From NCBI RefSeq assembly GCF_008831285.2, contig NC_045138.2, forward strand, positions 42,284,001 through 42,348,000: 64,000 nt of DNA, read 5' to 3'. Both the position numbers and the translations under genes were made by a program. Positions 13,401 to 26,383 of this stretch are shown here, in pieces; within the stretch, counting starts at the first letter, position 1, and each line of letters begins with the position of its first letter. Source of the DNA: Nymphaea colorata. Taxonomy: Eukaryota. Below the pieces are notes generated by a model. The model did no database searches, had not been told where the DNA came from, and was given only the letters and a program-made list of their open reading frames with translations.

Positions 13401-15799
13401 CTCTTTAGTAAGTGTTTTTCTAGAAAATGGAACAAACCTTGGATTGCAAGCCTTTAGAAGATCATTATGATAATCATATTATGCAAAATTGAAATAAAGT
13501 CCATGCATTATCACACACTTAGCCATACATTTTCTTATAGTCTCCATATCAAATTTATGTACCTAAAGAAGTGTTACCAAATTCACTAACTCCAAATGCC
13601 AAAGTTCTTTTGAGCACAATTATCTGCATGCCGTTTTAAGTGGCTCGTACCATTAGAACTATGTCCACTAAGTCATTGTAGTATGAATCATTCCATATTG
13701 CTGAAGTTCTTTTACTCTTGGATTCAACAGGCTGTTCAGTATACGAAAACGATTCATTCTCCTCCATATCTACCGCCGGACGATATTCTTGATTCCGAGA
13801 GTGGGAAGACATATCATTCATTTTTTAATAAAATCCAAACAACCTACGCACATGAAATTGTTCAACTCTTAACTAAGAAATCATAAACCATCAAGCATGA
13901 AACACCACAAGAAATAGACTAATTCCAAACAATTTACATGGACACTACAATAGAAGTTAAATAAAAGCCAATATGTGATCTTTCCCTATGACCCAAACAA
14001 GTTTATTTTATCCACATGTCAACCAAACAATAGTGAATTGAGCATTCCTTCAGCCAATGGAAGGTCTTTAACAACTGAATGCATAGGTATTTTGAAAATA
14101 GTTGTAAATAACATAAAAACCTCTATATTCCAAAAGTTAATTTACACCAAAATTAAATTTAAAAGTTATTTTTCATCTTGCAAATATTGAACCATGGTTG
14201 TGATGTATTAGATGCTAATAGAAAATATTCACTTGTGTTTTCAACTGAAATAAAGCAGAACAACAATAGATGGAACAAGAATAGATGATAGGCACACTTC
14301 ACAAATACAGCAATACATAGAGGAAATATAGCAGCAATAACTAAGCATTTTATGTTTGTGGAAGAATCACTAACAGAATTTTGACTGCACAGAAAAATTA
14401 AAAGAAGTTTAAGAAGACATCAGAATCCCACAAACATCAGCCTCCACATTACTGAAACTGACACACAACTATGAGTATTAAGAACTTCGTATCAGCATTA
14501 AGGACTTCGTATCAGCAACAAACATCAGCCTCCAAGTCAACCAAACCAAGACAAGAAGCATCTATAAATAACTAATCAAATGGCACAAAATATTTTTGAC
14601 AAACTGATATACCATCAAAAACATGTTTATGCATCAAAATCCATAAACAAAACAACCTCCATATTACTGAAACTGACACACAACTACATCCACAGACATT
14701 TAAGTTTACCTCTCTTTGTCATAATGCAGCCTCTTTCCTGCATGCAAAGTTCTCTAGATGTTAAGAGATTTTGATGGAATCAGTTAGCAGACATATTTAA
14801 CATGAATTCTAGTTTTTACCTGCTCAGTAACCTAGCCTCTAGGGACACACCTTCTCCCAGGGCAGCAACCTGACTAGGAAAAGGATGTTGTTAATAGATA
14901 AAAGAGCAAAAGAAAGAAGATATGGCACATGATCACAGTACAACTCATGCCAGTCATAAAGCAAACAACGCTAGTCATGAAGTCTCTCTGTGTGTGTGCG
15001 TGGGGTAAGAAACTCCATGTATATACAATACAACTGAAATAATCAGATGCATGAGTTCAGGCTTTTAAAGATGGATCAAAAGCAACAGAAAGAGAAGGGA
15101 AAATTGAAATTGGTAGCAGAAATGCCCATCTGTTGTCACAGTCTTACTTGAAAGATGAAGTTTGAGGAGATCGTCGCCTCTTTAGCTATTTCTCTACCAA
15201 AACAAGAAGCAATAGTGGTATGATAGGAGCTCAACTGCGCATAACATTATACAAGGAAATGGAGTTGCAGAAAGGTTACACAAATGACTTAAAGAAGTCC
15301 ACTGCAAACAAGAAAAAAGTTCCAAATAACAACATGTTGAAATGCTTCTGCAACACACACAAGAAGAGAAAGAGCAAGCAAGCAAGCAAGGGACTTATCT
15401 CTTCAAAACCCGTCGGGCGTTGCTGTCGTTGAGCGGCTGAGCCACTAGAGGAGACAAAGAAAGTAGGTGGTGGACTGGAGGTCGACGGTGGCTGTGGCAG
15501 ACCAGCGGCAGTGCGGCGATGGTGTCTCAGCTCTCTCTGTTTCCAACCAAACAAAACCCTAACAAATCACAAATGCATCGAATGTGGAAGAGTGAAAAAA
15601 ATTTTGATCGATACATTTCATAATGGGCCGAACGGGTCCCAACGGGCTTAATTGATAACCCGGACCCACCATTATGCTGTCGAGCCGGGCCGGGCACAAC
15701 GGCAGGCCGCCTGGATGATAAATTTAAGGCCTGGACCCGGTCCCGGACCGAGCTGGGTATCGGGTACCCGGTGGCAGCCCGACCCAGTGCCCAGGTCTA
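10498..15799 (-). mobile_element. hAT-superfamily DNA transposon (5.3 kb, defective autonomous type) nested in the copia integrase zinc-binding region
   Basis: Imperfect TIRs TAAGCCTGGGCA / TGCCCAGGTCTA. 8-bp TSD ACTGCACG (10490-10497) / ACTACACG (15800-15807). GC-rich GGCCCG/CGGG subterminal repeats at both ends. Internal transposase remnant. Confidence 0.93.
11822..13821 (-). pseudogene. hAT (Ac/Tam3/RICESLEEPER-like) transposase pseudogene
   Basis: Partial BED finger (SAIWNDS...NGTSHLKRH), VSLTFDMWTS, VTADNCSAND, HIRCGAHILNLMVKDG, YDVPTRWNST and dimerisation domain FDILSWWK...MVRDVLAI. Intron 11862-11937, then SHDAEHHSDEES*. Several frameshifts and stops. Confidence 0.9.
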
Positions 15800-17400
15800 A
15801 CTACACGGGGTGAGAGATCGGTGGTACCCCGGTAGCCATCTTCTTATTTATAAGCATCTTCATTGCTTGAAAGTTCACATGGCCAAGACGAGCATGCCAC
15901 AACCATGCCGGATCATTGAGGTTTGCTACGAGGCACACTGGCCTTGCAATCTACAACTCGATGCGGTAGAGACGATTCAGTGTGCATCTCACCTTCATGA
16001 TCAACTACCATGGATTTTTGACGAACACCTCCAGTTCATCTTCATCCATAACCACCTTGTGGCCTGCCTCGGTGAGTTGCCTGAGACTCACGATGTTGCT
16101 ATGAAGCTTCAGGATATAATATAATTCATAGAGCAACCACTGATCATCATTTTTGCATCTAAAAAGAATTGAACCCTTACCCATGATCTACATCGATGAG
16201 CCATCGTCGAACTTTACCTTTCCGGTGATTGCCTCGTCCAACTTGCGAAACTTGACCTTGTCTCCAATCATGTGATCGCTAGCACCCTTATCCAGGTACC
16301 ACACATCGATAGTTTCCATGTCATGCTTGGTCTCGTGCAGTTTCGGCCATACCTACTCTTCATTCAGTAGGGCAGCATCCTGCCGATTCTACCATTCTGG
16401 TCGTTCAAGTGCTGCAGACACCACTTCTTTCAACTCTGCAAGTAACAGGGTAGGCTCGGTGTCGTCATCTTGTGTGAGATGCACCTCCTCTTTCTTCTTG
16501 GGAGCCTTGCAATGGTTCGCGTAATGCCCCAATTCATTGCAGTTGAAGCAACAGATGTGACTCTTGTCACGACCATCGCCCTCAGAGCCACCTACTATGT
16601 CTTTGAGTGGGAAGTCGTTGCGTCTGTCTCTGCTGCGCCCTCTATCGCGTCCACAACCACCCCGGCTGTGAACCCCTCCTTTCCCGTGAACCTTCTCATT
16701 TCGGGTCAATGATGGGTCGCTGCCGCTTCTTTTCTGCTATGCCTCCCATTCAGCCTGAGTGAAACGTAATTGAGCATCGCCGTTGCCACATATACCAAAT
16801 GCTCAGGGATGAGAGCATTCTTCATAGGTCTTGAGTTGTCCCATGGCCTCTTCAAACAACATAGTGTCGAGGTCACAAAATTGCTCTATACTGGCGATTA
16901 CGCTAAGAAATCGATTTGAAATGGTGTCAAATAGCTTCTTCACCAGGGCGGCGTTGCTTAGGGTTCCCTCCAGGTTGGCATACTTGACGGACATCCCGGT
17001 GAGCCTGCCCGCATACTGATCCAATGATTCTCCTTCCTGCATTCGCATGGCGCCAAAGACGCTCTTCAATGTTTGTAGACGGGCATTCATCACACGATTT
17101 GCCCTGACGAATCTCGTCTTAAGGCAACCCCAGACCTCCTTCGCCGTCGCCTTTTTCGCCACCTGCATTAGGAGATCTTTTGGGAGGGCTTGGAGAAGAT
17201 GCGACGTCGCCTTCTTGTCCTTCCTCGTGTCGATAGCCATTCCGGTTACCGGCTCGACTACCTCCTAGATGCGTTGATCCTCTATCATGGCCTGGACCCT
17301 AATTACCCAGTTGCTATAGTTGGTTGTCGTGAGTTGGGGATAATGGAACGTCCCATTGGCGATCTCCTACACTACCTCAGTTCTGATGATCGACATCGGC
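15800..17400 (-). pseudogene. Copia gag (UBN2-type), zinc knuckle, protease and gag-pre-integrase remnant
   Basis: ARLQTLKSVFGAMRMQEGESL (gag), CFNCNELGHYANHC (CCHC knuckle), WYLDKGASDHMIG near 16270-16300 (protease), WHARLGHVNF near 15870-15900. Confidence 0.9.
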
Positions 17401-17448
17401 TTGAATCGAGGGAGCTTTGGCATACAGCCTGGAAGCTCTGATACCAAA

Positions 17449-17912
17449 TGTTGGCGAACTCCCTTAATTCACACTCAATCGCCTCTTTTTTTGATAAGGC
17501 AAAATGAGGAGGAGAGGCTGCAACGCACCAAGGAGGGAATGCATAAGTGCAGAGTATGACAAGGGCAGAGAGAGAGAGTACAAGGACGGCAGGGGAGAGA
17601 GAGAGAGAGCAAGAGAGAGAGAGAGGAGGTGAACCACACCACAGCAAAAAAAACTTTTTTCTTCTCTTCTTTTTTTTTGGCGTGCTCTTCTCTACGACTT
17701 ACTTAACGCTAAAAAAGGAAACATCATTTAAAGAAAACAAAAAATAAAAAAACTAAAACTTGACCCTCAAGTTAGTAACCCCGGGTCTTTTCTCATGATC
17801 TCCTCCACTTAGCTAGAATCTCGCACCATTTTCTTCATTTCTCTTTAACCACCCATGATCATGGGAACTGCACACACATTGTCACGTTCTCCATGACAAG
17901 AGTAGACCAACA
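17449..17912 (-). repeat. 5' LTR of the copia element
   Basis: Adjacent to the PBS, colinear with 7363-7814, ends CCAACA followed by the TSD. Confidence 0.92.
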
Positions 17913-17989
17913 CTATGCCCTTAGCCGACGTAAGGAGTGGAGGGCTTATTCAGTCTTTATGAAGGTTGTTACAATAATAACTTTTATAG

Positions 17990-19850
17990 AGCCGAACAGA
18001 AATAAATGAAGAAATTAATCATCTTCGCCTTTGGACTACCTTGCAAGGGGCACCATTTTCTATATATGCCCGGCACCTCTTGGAAGATGGTATATACGCA
18101 GAGTGATACATACATAGACCACTCGTATCATTTGGGTCTCCTTGATGGCAACCCTTATATAATAAAACTCACCATTTTTGGTGTTGTTAGTTTGTCTATT
18201 ATGAAGTCTGCTCCATTATCACTTTACACGATTTTGAACACGAGATCCAAATTGAGTTACCACCACTGCACAAAATCGAGTTAAATAAGTGGAAGTTTCA
18301 TATTTGAATTTCATTAAGAAAACCAATGTAGCTCGAGTATAATCATGGACTATGGTAAGAAAAGACGTAAGAAAATAATGTGCTCTGGTGCATGATGGTG
18401 TAACATACTTCCCCCAAATATCACAATGGATCAAAGCAAAAACACAATTTGGCCTACTAACACTGACAGGAAAAGGTAAGTGAATTTCGCTTTATGATAT
18501 GCATAGAAATTCATGCCTACAAATAATAATATCCTTGTTCAAAGAAATAGTTTTATCAAAAGAGGATATTCAAGTCTCATATGCCAAATATGGCACGAGC
18601 TACTGATAAAGTATGAGAAGTAGAAGGTAAAATGAAATTGTACAATCCGCTGCTTAGTCTACCCACATAATTGACTTCCACATTAAACGGTCCTGAAAAA
18701 CTTAAGAGGATGGAAGAAAAACAGCAGCACAATTAGATGTTTGGGTAAGTTTTGGCACAGATAAAAGGTTATATTTAAGATCTGGAACATATAGCACATT
18801 TTTGAAAAAAAATATTGGAATTTAGCAAAACGGATCCTTCATGGGTCACTATAGTTTGATGGCCATTAGGAAGGTTGATGTTGCATGGTTTGAGCAGATT
18901 TCTAACATCAATCAGCAGACAAAATTGGGGATTCAGTGTCAATGACCCAATTGATGAAATTATATTATCTGCAGCTGGCTTAGCTTCAAGATTTAACCAA
19001 GAAGCTAGTTGACCAAGTTGATACTCAGTTAGCTTGCAATAAGATAGATTTGGCATTAGTTGCATTTGCTGACATCCCACCTTGTGATTTTTTTGAATTT
19101 TTAGAAGCCACCCAAGCGTTTGGGTGGTTTGGAGGATAACCATGTAGAGAATAGTAGTGTGATTTGGTGTGACTCAACATTCCACAACGATCACATTTTG
19201 GGCCGGTCTATTCTGATATTTTGGTCCTCCTTTGTGCTGCACATTTTTGTTATGAAAAAGTAGATGTTTTTGTTGCAAGAGCTACACTATCAATACTAGA
19301 CATTTGAGGAGCAAGAAGGCGTTGTGTTTCCTCTTCGTGCAGAGTAAACTTGATTAATATTTGGCAGTGGTTCTATAGTCGATATAAGACTGCAAACACC
19401 ACTAAAGGATTCACGCAGACCCATTAAAAACTGACATACTTTCTCACGGTCTTGACAACAAGTAAATACTTTGAAGGCAACCCCGTACCTGCAGGAACGG
19501 TACAGTACGAAGCAAGTTCATGCCATAAACTCTTCAAGACAGTATAATGAGCAGCTAATGAGGTCCACTCTTGACGTAAATTAGAGATTTTCTTCTTCAA
19601 CTGGTAAATTTTGACACCATTACCTTGACAAAAACACTCTTGTAAATAACTCTAGACCTCCTTGGCTTCACTTACATGTATCACGCTGTGAGCAATCTCC
19701 TTGGCTAATGAGTTAATCAGCCAAGAATGCACCAAAGTCATTGCAACGGACCCAGGTTTGGTACTAGGCACTAGTAGCATCAGGTTTGGTGATGGATTCG
19801 TCAACTAAGCTTAACTTGTTCTTGACACTCAATGCCATTTTCAATGCACA
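17990..19850 (-). mobile_element. Decayed copia remnant (gag to integrase, Ale/Retrofit-like)
   Basis: KMALSVKNKLSLVDESITKPD...WVRCND near 19740-19840 (gag), INLPNGHQTIVTHEGSV (protease region), IHCDIWGKY...FLMKFKYETS (integrase). No intact LTRs recognised. Confidence 0.75.
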
Positions 19851-20869
19851 TCTCCATGTAGAATAATTGTTCCCCGTAAATGGAGTTGACACGAGCACTG
19901 CTCTTGGATTATCTGAATGGTACAGGAAGAAGGGAGATGAGTGTCCCCTAAATCATTACTGATTGGTTGGAGAAGAGGAAGTTTGCACAGCCATGGAAGA
20001 AGGACAATGGAAAGTTCTCTTATGCACAAGTTTTCTTTGATACAAAAAAGAATGGAGAGCAAAAGAGAAATATGTTTCCTTTGATTTTCACTCATGGGAA
20101 GAGTTACAATTCTATATAAGAATGATTCACAAGATCCACAATTTTTGGGATTATGGAGAGATCATAGGATAAAATAAAGAAGGTTACAACAATAACAAAT
20201 ATATGGAATAGAAAACATCCGTTCTTGCAATTTTCCTTATATCTACAATAAATGATAATTATCTGATAACGATGTTTCAAAATTTTTGGAAGAATGAGGA
20301 AATTCGCCGAGAATAGAACCTTTTCTGGCAGCAATGTTCTTCAAGTGAAGAGTTTCACTACTATGTTGATTGGACTTCAGTTTCCCAGCTAGTGAACAAG
20401 AAACAAAAAAATGAAACTGTGGCAGGTAGAACAATTGATCGAAGACAATTGGAGACTTCCAAAAAAGCTGAACAAGTTGAAAAACCTATGGGCTGGGTTG
20501 TTGGGCATCCCAGTGCATGGACACCGGGCTTGGCCTTCCCTATTTTATTTGGCTTTTATGCTCACCACAAGATTACTGGAATGGCATTAGGTCCATGCTG
20601 CATATTTGATGTACTTGGGATTATTGAGTTTGTGAATACTTTTTGGCCATTGACTAGGGGGCGTGGGTTCAGTTTGGGTGCAAACTTGTGGTTGTTTGAC
20701 TTAGCAATTCAAGAACATTACTTGGCCTACTTGGATGATAGGGGTAGAAGGGGCTAGAGATGACTTCTTATTTCTTTTGGAGAACAAGGCATGCTCTTGG
20801 TCCCTCAAATCTGGTCTCGAGTACCGAGCTCATTACACAAGTGATGTTGGTATAAGGTCTCAATGTACT

Positions 20870-21590
20870 AGGAGGGTGTTATATTTACATGCAACAAAGC
20901 TAGCTTCAATAAATATAAGCTTTTACTGACGTGAGGGGCAGGAAGGTTATAAATCTAAAATCGTTCCTGACACAATTGAGCATGCATCATTGAAAGAGTC
21001 TGTGAAAGAGTTTCATGGGCATGCACCAAGTGCCATGTCAGTATATACTGGCTTTTGAGGAGCATAAAAAATCCATGCTTTTTACCAATACAACTGCGAA
21101 CTATCAAAACTGATCCTTCATGTTAGAGGTTTACCGACACTTTGTAAGGTACATGTCGGTAGATGCAAGCTTTTCTACTGATGCATTCTGGAGCAACATT
21201 AGAAATGTCGAGCCTTTGTTGAAGGAGCATTACTGATACGGTGGTGACTGCATCAATTCATGTGGGTTTTTGCCAATCTGGATGCACAAATGTTACAAAA
21301 GATCACTGAGAAAATAATACATGTTAAACATCTTAAATATCATACATTAATTGATGAACATTAGTCCCAAACCATCATGTGAAAGTAGACTTGACATGAT
21401 TATGATTTTCACAAGAGAAGAACATGTATACCCACAATCTTATATGAAAAAGGAACTTCACTCTTTTTCTCTCAGTGAACGCTCTAACAACAAAGTATCT
21501 TAATTTTCTTAACCTATCCCTATTTATATATGCATGTATAGCCATATCCCTACCAGACTACTCTCAATTTAAGAGTGAGAGTGGTTACAA
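20870..21590 (+). mobile_element. Decayed copia RT/RNase H fragment
   Basis: Fragments resembling ALYGLKQ, CRYRAFVGALxY, ADWxGC...KRS and TKHVKVD.HFxRE, followed by a purine-rich PPT-like stretch near 21570. Heavily mutated. Confidence 0.5.
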
Positions 21591-22750
21591 TCAATTTTGT
21601 TAAGTGTGACGAGGCGAAATGATGAATTAAGCCTGTAAAACGATGTGTTAAGCCTGTAAAGCAAGGCATAGCCAACGAGGTGTAATAAAGCATAAGAAAT
21701 GTCTAGAAAAAAAAAAACGATTTATAGAAAAATGAGATGGGGAGAGAGAGAGACTGGGGGTTGCCACCGACTTCGGTGGCCTATCTCCAATGGGTACACA
21801 TGAGGTGGCTGGTGAATCACTGATCAAAGAGCAAATTTTTGGAGAGATTCTTCATCGATCTAGGAGAAAGATAGTGAAACCCTTGCTCTGCAAATGTGGA
21901 GTTGCTTTGGGTGGAAAAATACTGCTTTTTTATACTTGACAGGGTGTGGCTTGTTTTAACGTGTAAAACTGAGCCGAATCAATGTTAAGACTTGGTGTTT
22001 CGTAATATATCACCACCACAAAGAGGATCAAACCAGACCTGGATGATCCCTATCTGAGCCAGAATTTCACCGATCCAGATCATCCAAACTCGATTATTTT
22101 GTAGATAAGGCCTGAATGGATCAAGGCTTGGATTGTGACCATCTTTTATGTCTGATCCAATCCAACGTGGATGATTTTCATAGTTATCTTGGTGCACCCA
22201 TTTGCCAACTATAGTTCCACCAACATAAAGTTGACAGTTTAACCAACCCTCAAAAAATTGACTTGTAACGATAATAACAATCTGCCATCATTGCATTCAA
22301 GTCCTATAGCAACCCATTCAAATTGTTAACAAAAAGATAAAACTTCTCGTTTGTCTATGGCCTTTGAGAGAGAGGAATACTGATTGTTTTTCCATTTGAG
22401 AGGTCCAAGAAAGCCTAAATCGAAGTCGAAAGTAAAAATCTCTGTTTGGCATATTCTAAGATCTGTAACCTCCTTTCTACAAGAGCAAAAATCTTCTTCA
22501 TGTTCCATTGCAAAAATATGCTAAGGCATGTCCAGATGAAATGGAGGGACCAATACATATCAATCGATTTGTTCATTTATGCATCAAATTTGAATTCGCT
22601 ATTAAGCAAGCCCATTTTTTGAAAGAAACATTTCCTTCTTTGTCCTCCTTGCTTATTGACACTTCGATGAATTGAGTCATACAATCCTAAGTACTATTAA
22701 GAAATGTCAAAAATCAAAGTTGATCGTATTAAGAAATGTCAAAAATCAAA

Positions 22751-23256
22751 ATTGATCCATATGTTTTTCTTTTGGTGCAATATTTGCTTTTATTTATTAG
22801 CATTGCCATGGAAATATTCCTGATATTAAATTAACCCAAATAACTTAAGAATGGAATGTGGCTAAAGTAGTCTGATTTGTACGCAATGAATTTTAGGTAA
22901 GAACATATATGTAAGTAACTTTGCAGCGTTAACACATCAGGACTTTTAAATTATAAGGAGCTATTTTTTTGTGGTTTAAAAGTTTTAGCTATTTTAAAAA
23001 TCTTAATTGATCCATATGTTTTTCTTTTGGTGCAATATTTGCTTTTATTTATTAGCATTGCCATGGAAATATTCCTGATGAAATTAACCCAAATAACTTA
23101 AGGATGGAATGTGGCTAAAGTAGTCTGATTTGTACGCAATGAATTTTAGGTAAGAACATACATTTAAGTAACTTTGCAGCGGTAACACATCAGGACTTTT
23201 AAAATATAAGGAGCTATTTTTTGTGGTTTAAAAGTTTTAGCTATTTTAAAAATCTT
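22751..23256. repeat. 255-bp direct tandem duplication (2 copies)
   Basis: ATTGATCCATATGTTTTTCTTTTGGTGCAA at 22751 and 23006, with near-identical sequence through TTTTAAAAATCTTA. Confidence 0.95.
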
Positions 23257-24191
23257 AGCAAGGACATATAACCTACCTCATGGTACAAATAAATTATTTA
23301 TGCGGAAGCCTTACTGAATGAGATTCTGAAAATTTCATTTGTACTGTGTCAAGTCTAGAAATTGATCTTGTCAAAAAGCCTTGAACAACAAAGTGGTATA
23401 TTTTAACCTAAATCTAATATTTAGTTAAGAAATATGATTTTCTTGAACATGAAACAAAGAAAAAAATAATGGTAGATTCTCTAAACTTATGAACATATTG
23501 TGGTAAGCATGTAACTAATTCTTACTTGCATCGTTCCATTCATACAATTTCTTAGCCTATAAAAGTCCTGAACTTTTTGGTATTAAATTAAAACATAAAG
23601 TAGTTTGAAGAATAATATGATTTGTCCTTGTAATTCTTTCAATGCAACCATAGTCACATCATTAAATTTCAAAGAGCTAATTTGATTATTATTTGTTGTC
23701 TCCAGACCCTCACATCTTTCTACAAATAAATCATCTTGGTAGATGACCCCAAATAACAACCATGTAAATAAGGACCCAAAAAAAGTCCAAAACAATGATG
23801 CATCAGAAAAAGTAAATCAAATTCCAGATGTCCCAATATATTCTAGCCAGTACATTCACAAATTAATTGAAAATGTAATTAAATATAATATACATGTAAA
23901 ACTGAAGAAAAACCCACACATTGATGTCTCTTCTCTGTCCATCTTTGCTTTGACTACTGTGGAGTGACGAATATGAATTGCTTTTGCAACAACCAATTGC
24001 AGAATGAAAAGGTCAACTCCTCCTTTCACTTAAAATCATACTAGTCGCTGATTGCAAGGTCCTTTCTGAAGTCATTTGTGCAGGTACTGCTTTCTGTCAG
24101 TATAACATACATGAAGATTCATAATCTGTATTACTGCCAGCTAACTTGGAAGGAAAAGAACTTTGACAGGCACACTTACGGCCAACTAGTT

Positions 24192-24272
24192 TCATGGACT
24201 TGATCGCCAGTCTTTTTTTATGGCAAACGTGTAGTTGATCTCTAAGTGACACTTCTTGTCATCATCTACAAA
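24192..24272 (-). CDS. RhoGDI: RhoGDI exon 5 (FVDDDKKCHLEINYTFAIKKDWRSSP*)
   Basis: FVDDD...YTFxIKKDW C-terminal motif, TGA at 24194-24192. The spliced CDS is 789 nt (262 aa) and open throughout. Confidence 0.95.
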   Translation of the reverse strand, partial: FVDDDKKCHLEINYTFAIKKDWRSSP

Positions 24273-24473
24273 CTGAGAAATTATTTCTAAGTCGTTAGCT
24301 TGATGATTTATTATAGACCAGCCAATCCCCTCCAAATGTTTGCCAAGGCGTTAGGTGCCAGTCTTATAATTACATCGTTGATCTACTTTATGATGCTGGT
24401 GTGCCAAAATCTAATATAAAATATGAAATTGAAATTAAATTAATTAATGATAAACATTGACAAGTAACTTCAC

Positions 24474-24598
24474 CTTTGATCTCGCTGAATACGTTCCTCT
24501 AGCAAAAATTCCAGAAGGTGTAACCTCTTCTGCCATCATGTATGTGTAAGGCTGTTGTTGGGGGCTAAATGTTCCGAGCATGATTTTTGTACTGACAA
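24474..24598 (-). CDS. RhoGDI: RhoGDI exon 4 (VVSTKIMLGTFSPQQQPYTY...TPSGIFARGTYSARSK)
   Basis: MLGTFSPQ and TPSGIFARG motifs. AG/GT boundaries, phase 1/0. Confidence 0.95.
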
Positions 24599-24822
24599 CT
24601 AATTAAAATTTTCAATTTAATTGTTAGAACTTTCCTCTGAAGAGAGAAAACTCATTTAATTTACGTGCAAGCAAAGTCAACAGTACTTTTGCAGCCAGCA
24701 TGAGGGTAATCATGAACTACGAATTTTAAACTTCAATGATTGGCGACAACAGTCAAGAATCTTGAACTTCCTTAAGTTACTTCATTTCAATGTATAAACG
24801 AGACCTATGAATGGGTTTCATC

Positions 24823-25131
24823 CATTGTGAAAGGAAGGGTATAAAATGGCGAAATTTTTCTTGAGTATAATATGGTAACCTTGTTTTTCTCAAGAAAATC
24901 TCCACAAATTAAAAAAAAAAGCTAAAAAACTAACAATAAAATATGAAAATTATGAAAATAAAAATCTGGTAATTAAAAAAATATAAAAAACATGAAAAAA
25001 ATGTAAAAAAATAAAAACTAGAATAAAATGTGAATGAAACATGTTTTTCATGTTTTTTCCATTTTTAAGACTTATTTTTAATGTTTTTCTCATATTTTTT
25101 TTTAAAATAAAATGTGTTTTCTGTGACAATG
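24823..25131. mobile_element. MITE in RhoGDI intron 3, same family as 5421-5714
   Basis: Terminal inverted CATTGTGA / TGACAATG and sequence blocks shared with the NHX-intron copy. Confidence 0.6.
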
Positions 25132-26242
25132 ATTTCTTAATAAAGTTACTTATTCACCTGTTTCCAATATTCTATCCTCTCCTTTTCAGCTTCTCTGCTT
25201 TGTCTGCCTTAGCCATAATAAATTCAGCTCTTTTTAGGATGTTATTTTTTGCTAAGCAGGTTATATACGCCACCCCTGTGCATGAGTTTTTTGGTGCATA
25301 GAAGTATGCAATGACCAAAATATTTTCATTATAATGCCAAACAGAATCTTTTTTGTAAGGGTAAACAACAAGGATTTCAAAAGAAAAAGTCTAAAGTATC
25401 CTCTACTTTACAAAAAAACTCAAAAATACCACCATCTTCCTTTTGGTGCATACTTGTTGCAACTCAATCCCTTACATGTTTTTCGTAGCATCTCCCTCTA
25501 CCTTCTCTTAAAATCCGGCGTCAAATCAATCCCCTACATTTCGGCTGTTTTAGTTCTGTTTCAGAAAATATAAAAAAAAAATGAAAGCAAAAACGAAAAC
25601 ACTGTCTCCGCATATATACCCTCGCCCTCTCATTCTTTGTAATTATCATAAAAGACGGTACTATCAACAACCATTGGACCTTCTTGAGAGAAATTGTAAC
25701 GGCGGAGTTTACTTTAAAACCTGCGTAATCTGCAGACCCACATTTTATAAAACTAAGGGGATGTGAAAAACAAGTACAGGGTCGTGTTTTATATTGTCCA
25801 GGCCAGATTTATAAGCCGCAAAAGGGTAGCTGTTCGTGTTAAAGTCGCTCTATATCATCATCCATCATAAACGCGTGTTTACATTAATTCCTAGGATTTT
25901 GAATCATTTGGAAAATCAAGCGCAACGTTTAAGCTTCGATCAAGTGTGGAAAACATTTTCATGATAAACATGATAACTATGAAACGTACATAATTACTTT
26001 TTATCAGTTGTCAATAAAGTTAAGAATCAAGGCATGTAGGACTTGGCAACGCTGTTCTCAAGGCAGGGACAGAACTGCTCAACTTTAAGGAGAAAAAGAA
26101 GTCTTTAACCTTACCTCAAAAATAGTTTTGATATAATTGAAGGGTAAGAACTATTCCTAAAAAACCATTTAAGAAATATAGTTTTATCTTATATAAATGA
26201 TTACCTTTGCATGTATATTTGTGTGTGAGAGATAGAGATCGC

Positions 26243-26278
<36 letters not shown>

Positions 26279-26383
26279 AGGGAGAGAGTAGGGTGAGGGG
26301 ACAATACCAACCCACTTAGCTTCTAACCCAAATTAACAACTGGTAGATGGCAGTCCTCCATGGAATCAACCACAGGATGTGCT

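Larger units (their letters stand above)
7363..17912 (-). mobile_element. Full-length, defective Ty1/copia LTR retrotransposon interrupted by a hAT element
   Basis: Termini TGTTGG...CCAACA. TSD CTATG at 7358-7362 and 17913-17917. PBS TGGTATCAGAGC at 17435-17446, PPT at 7815-7830. Domain order gag-PR-INT-RT-RH on the - strand. Confidence 0.95.

Noticed and set aside
11822..13821. Domesticated SLEEPER-type gene
   Set aside because: It retains TIRs and a TSD, sits inside a retrotransposon, and has multiple stops and frameshifts.
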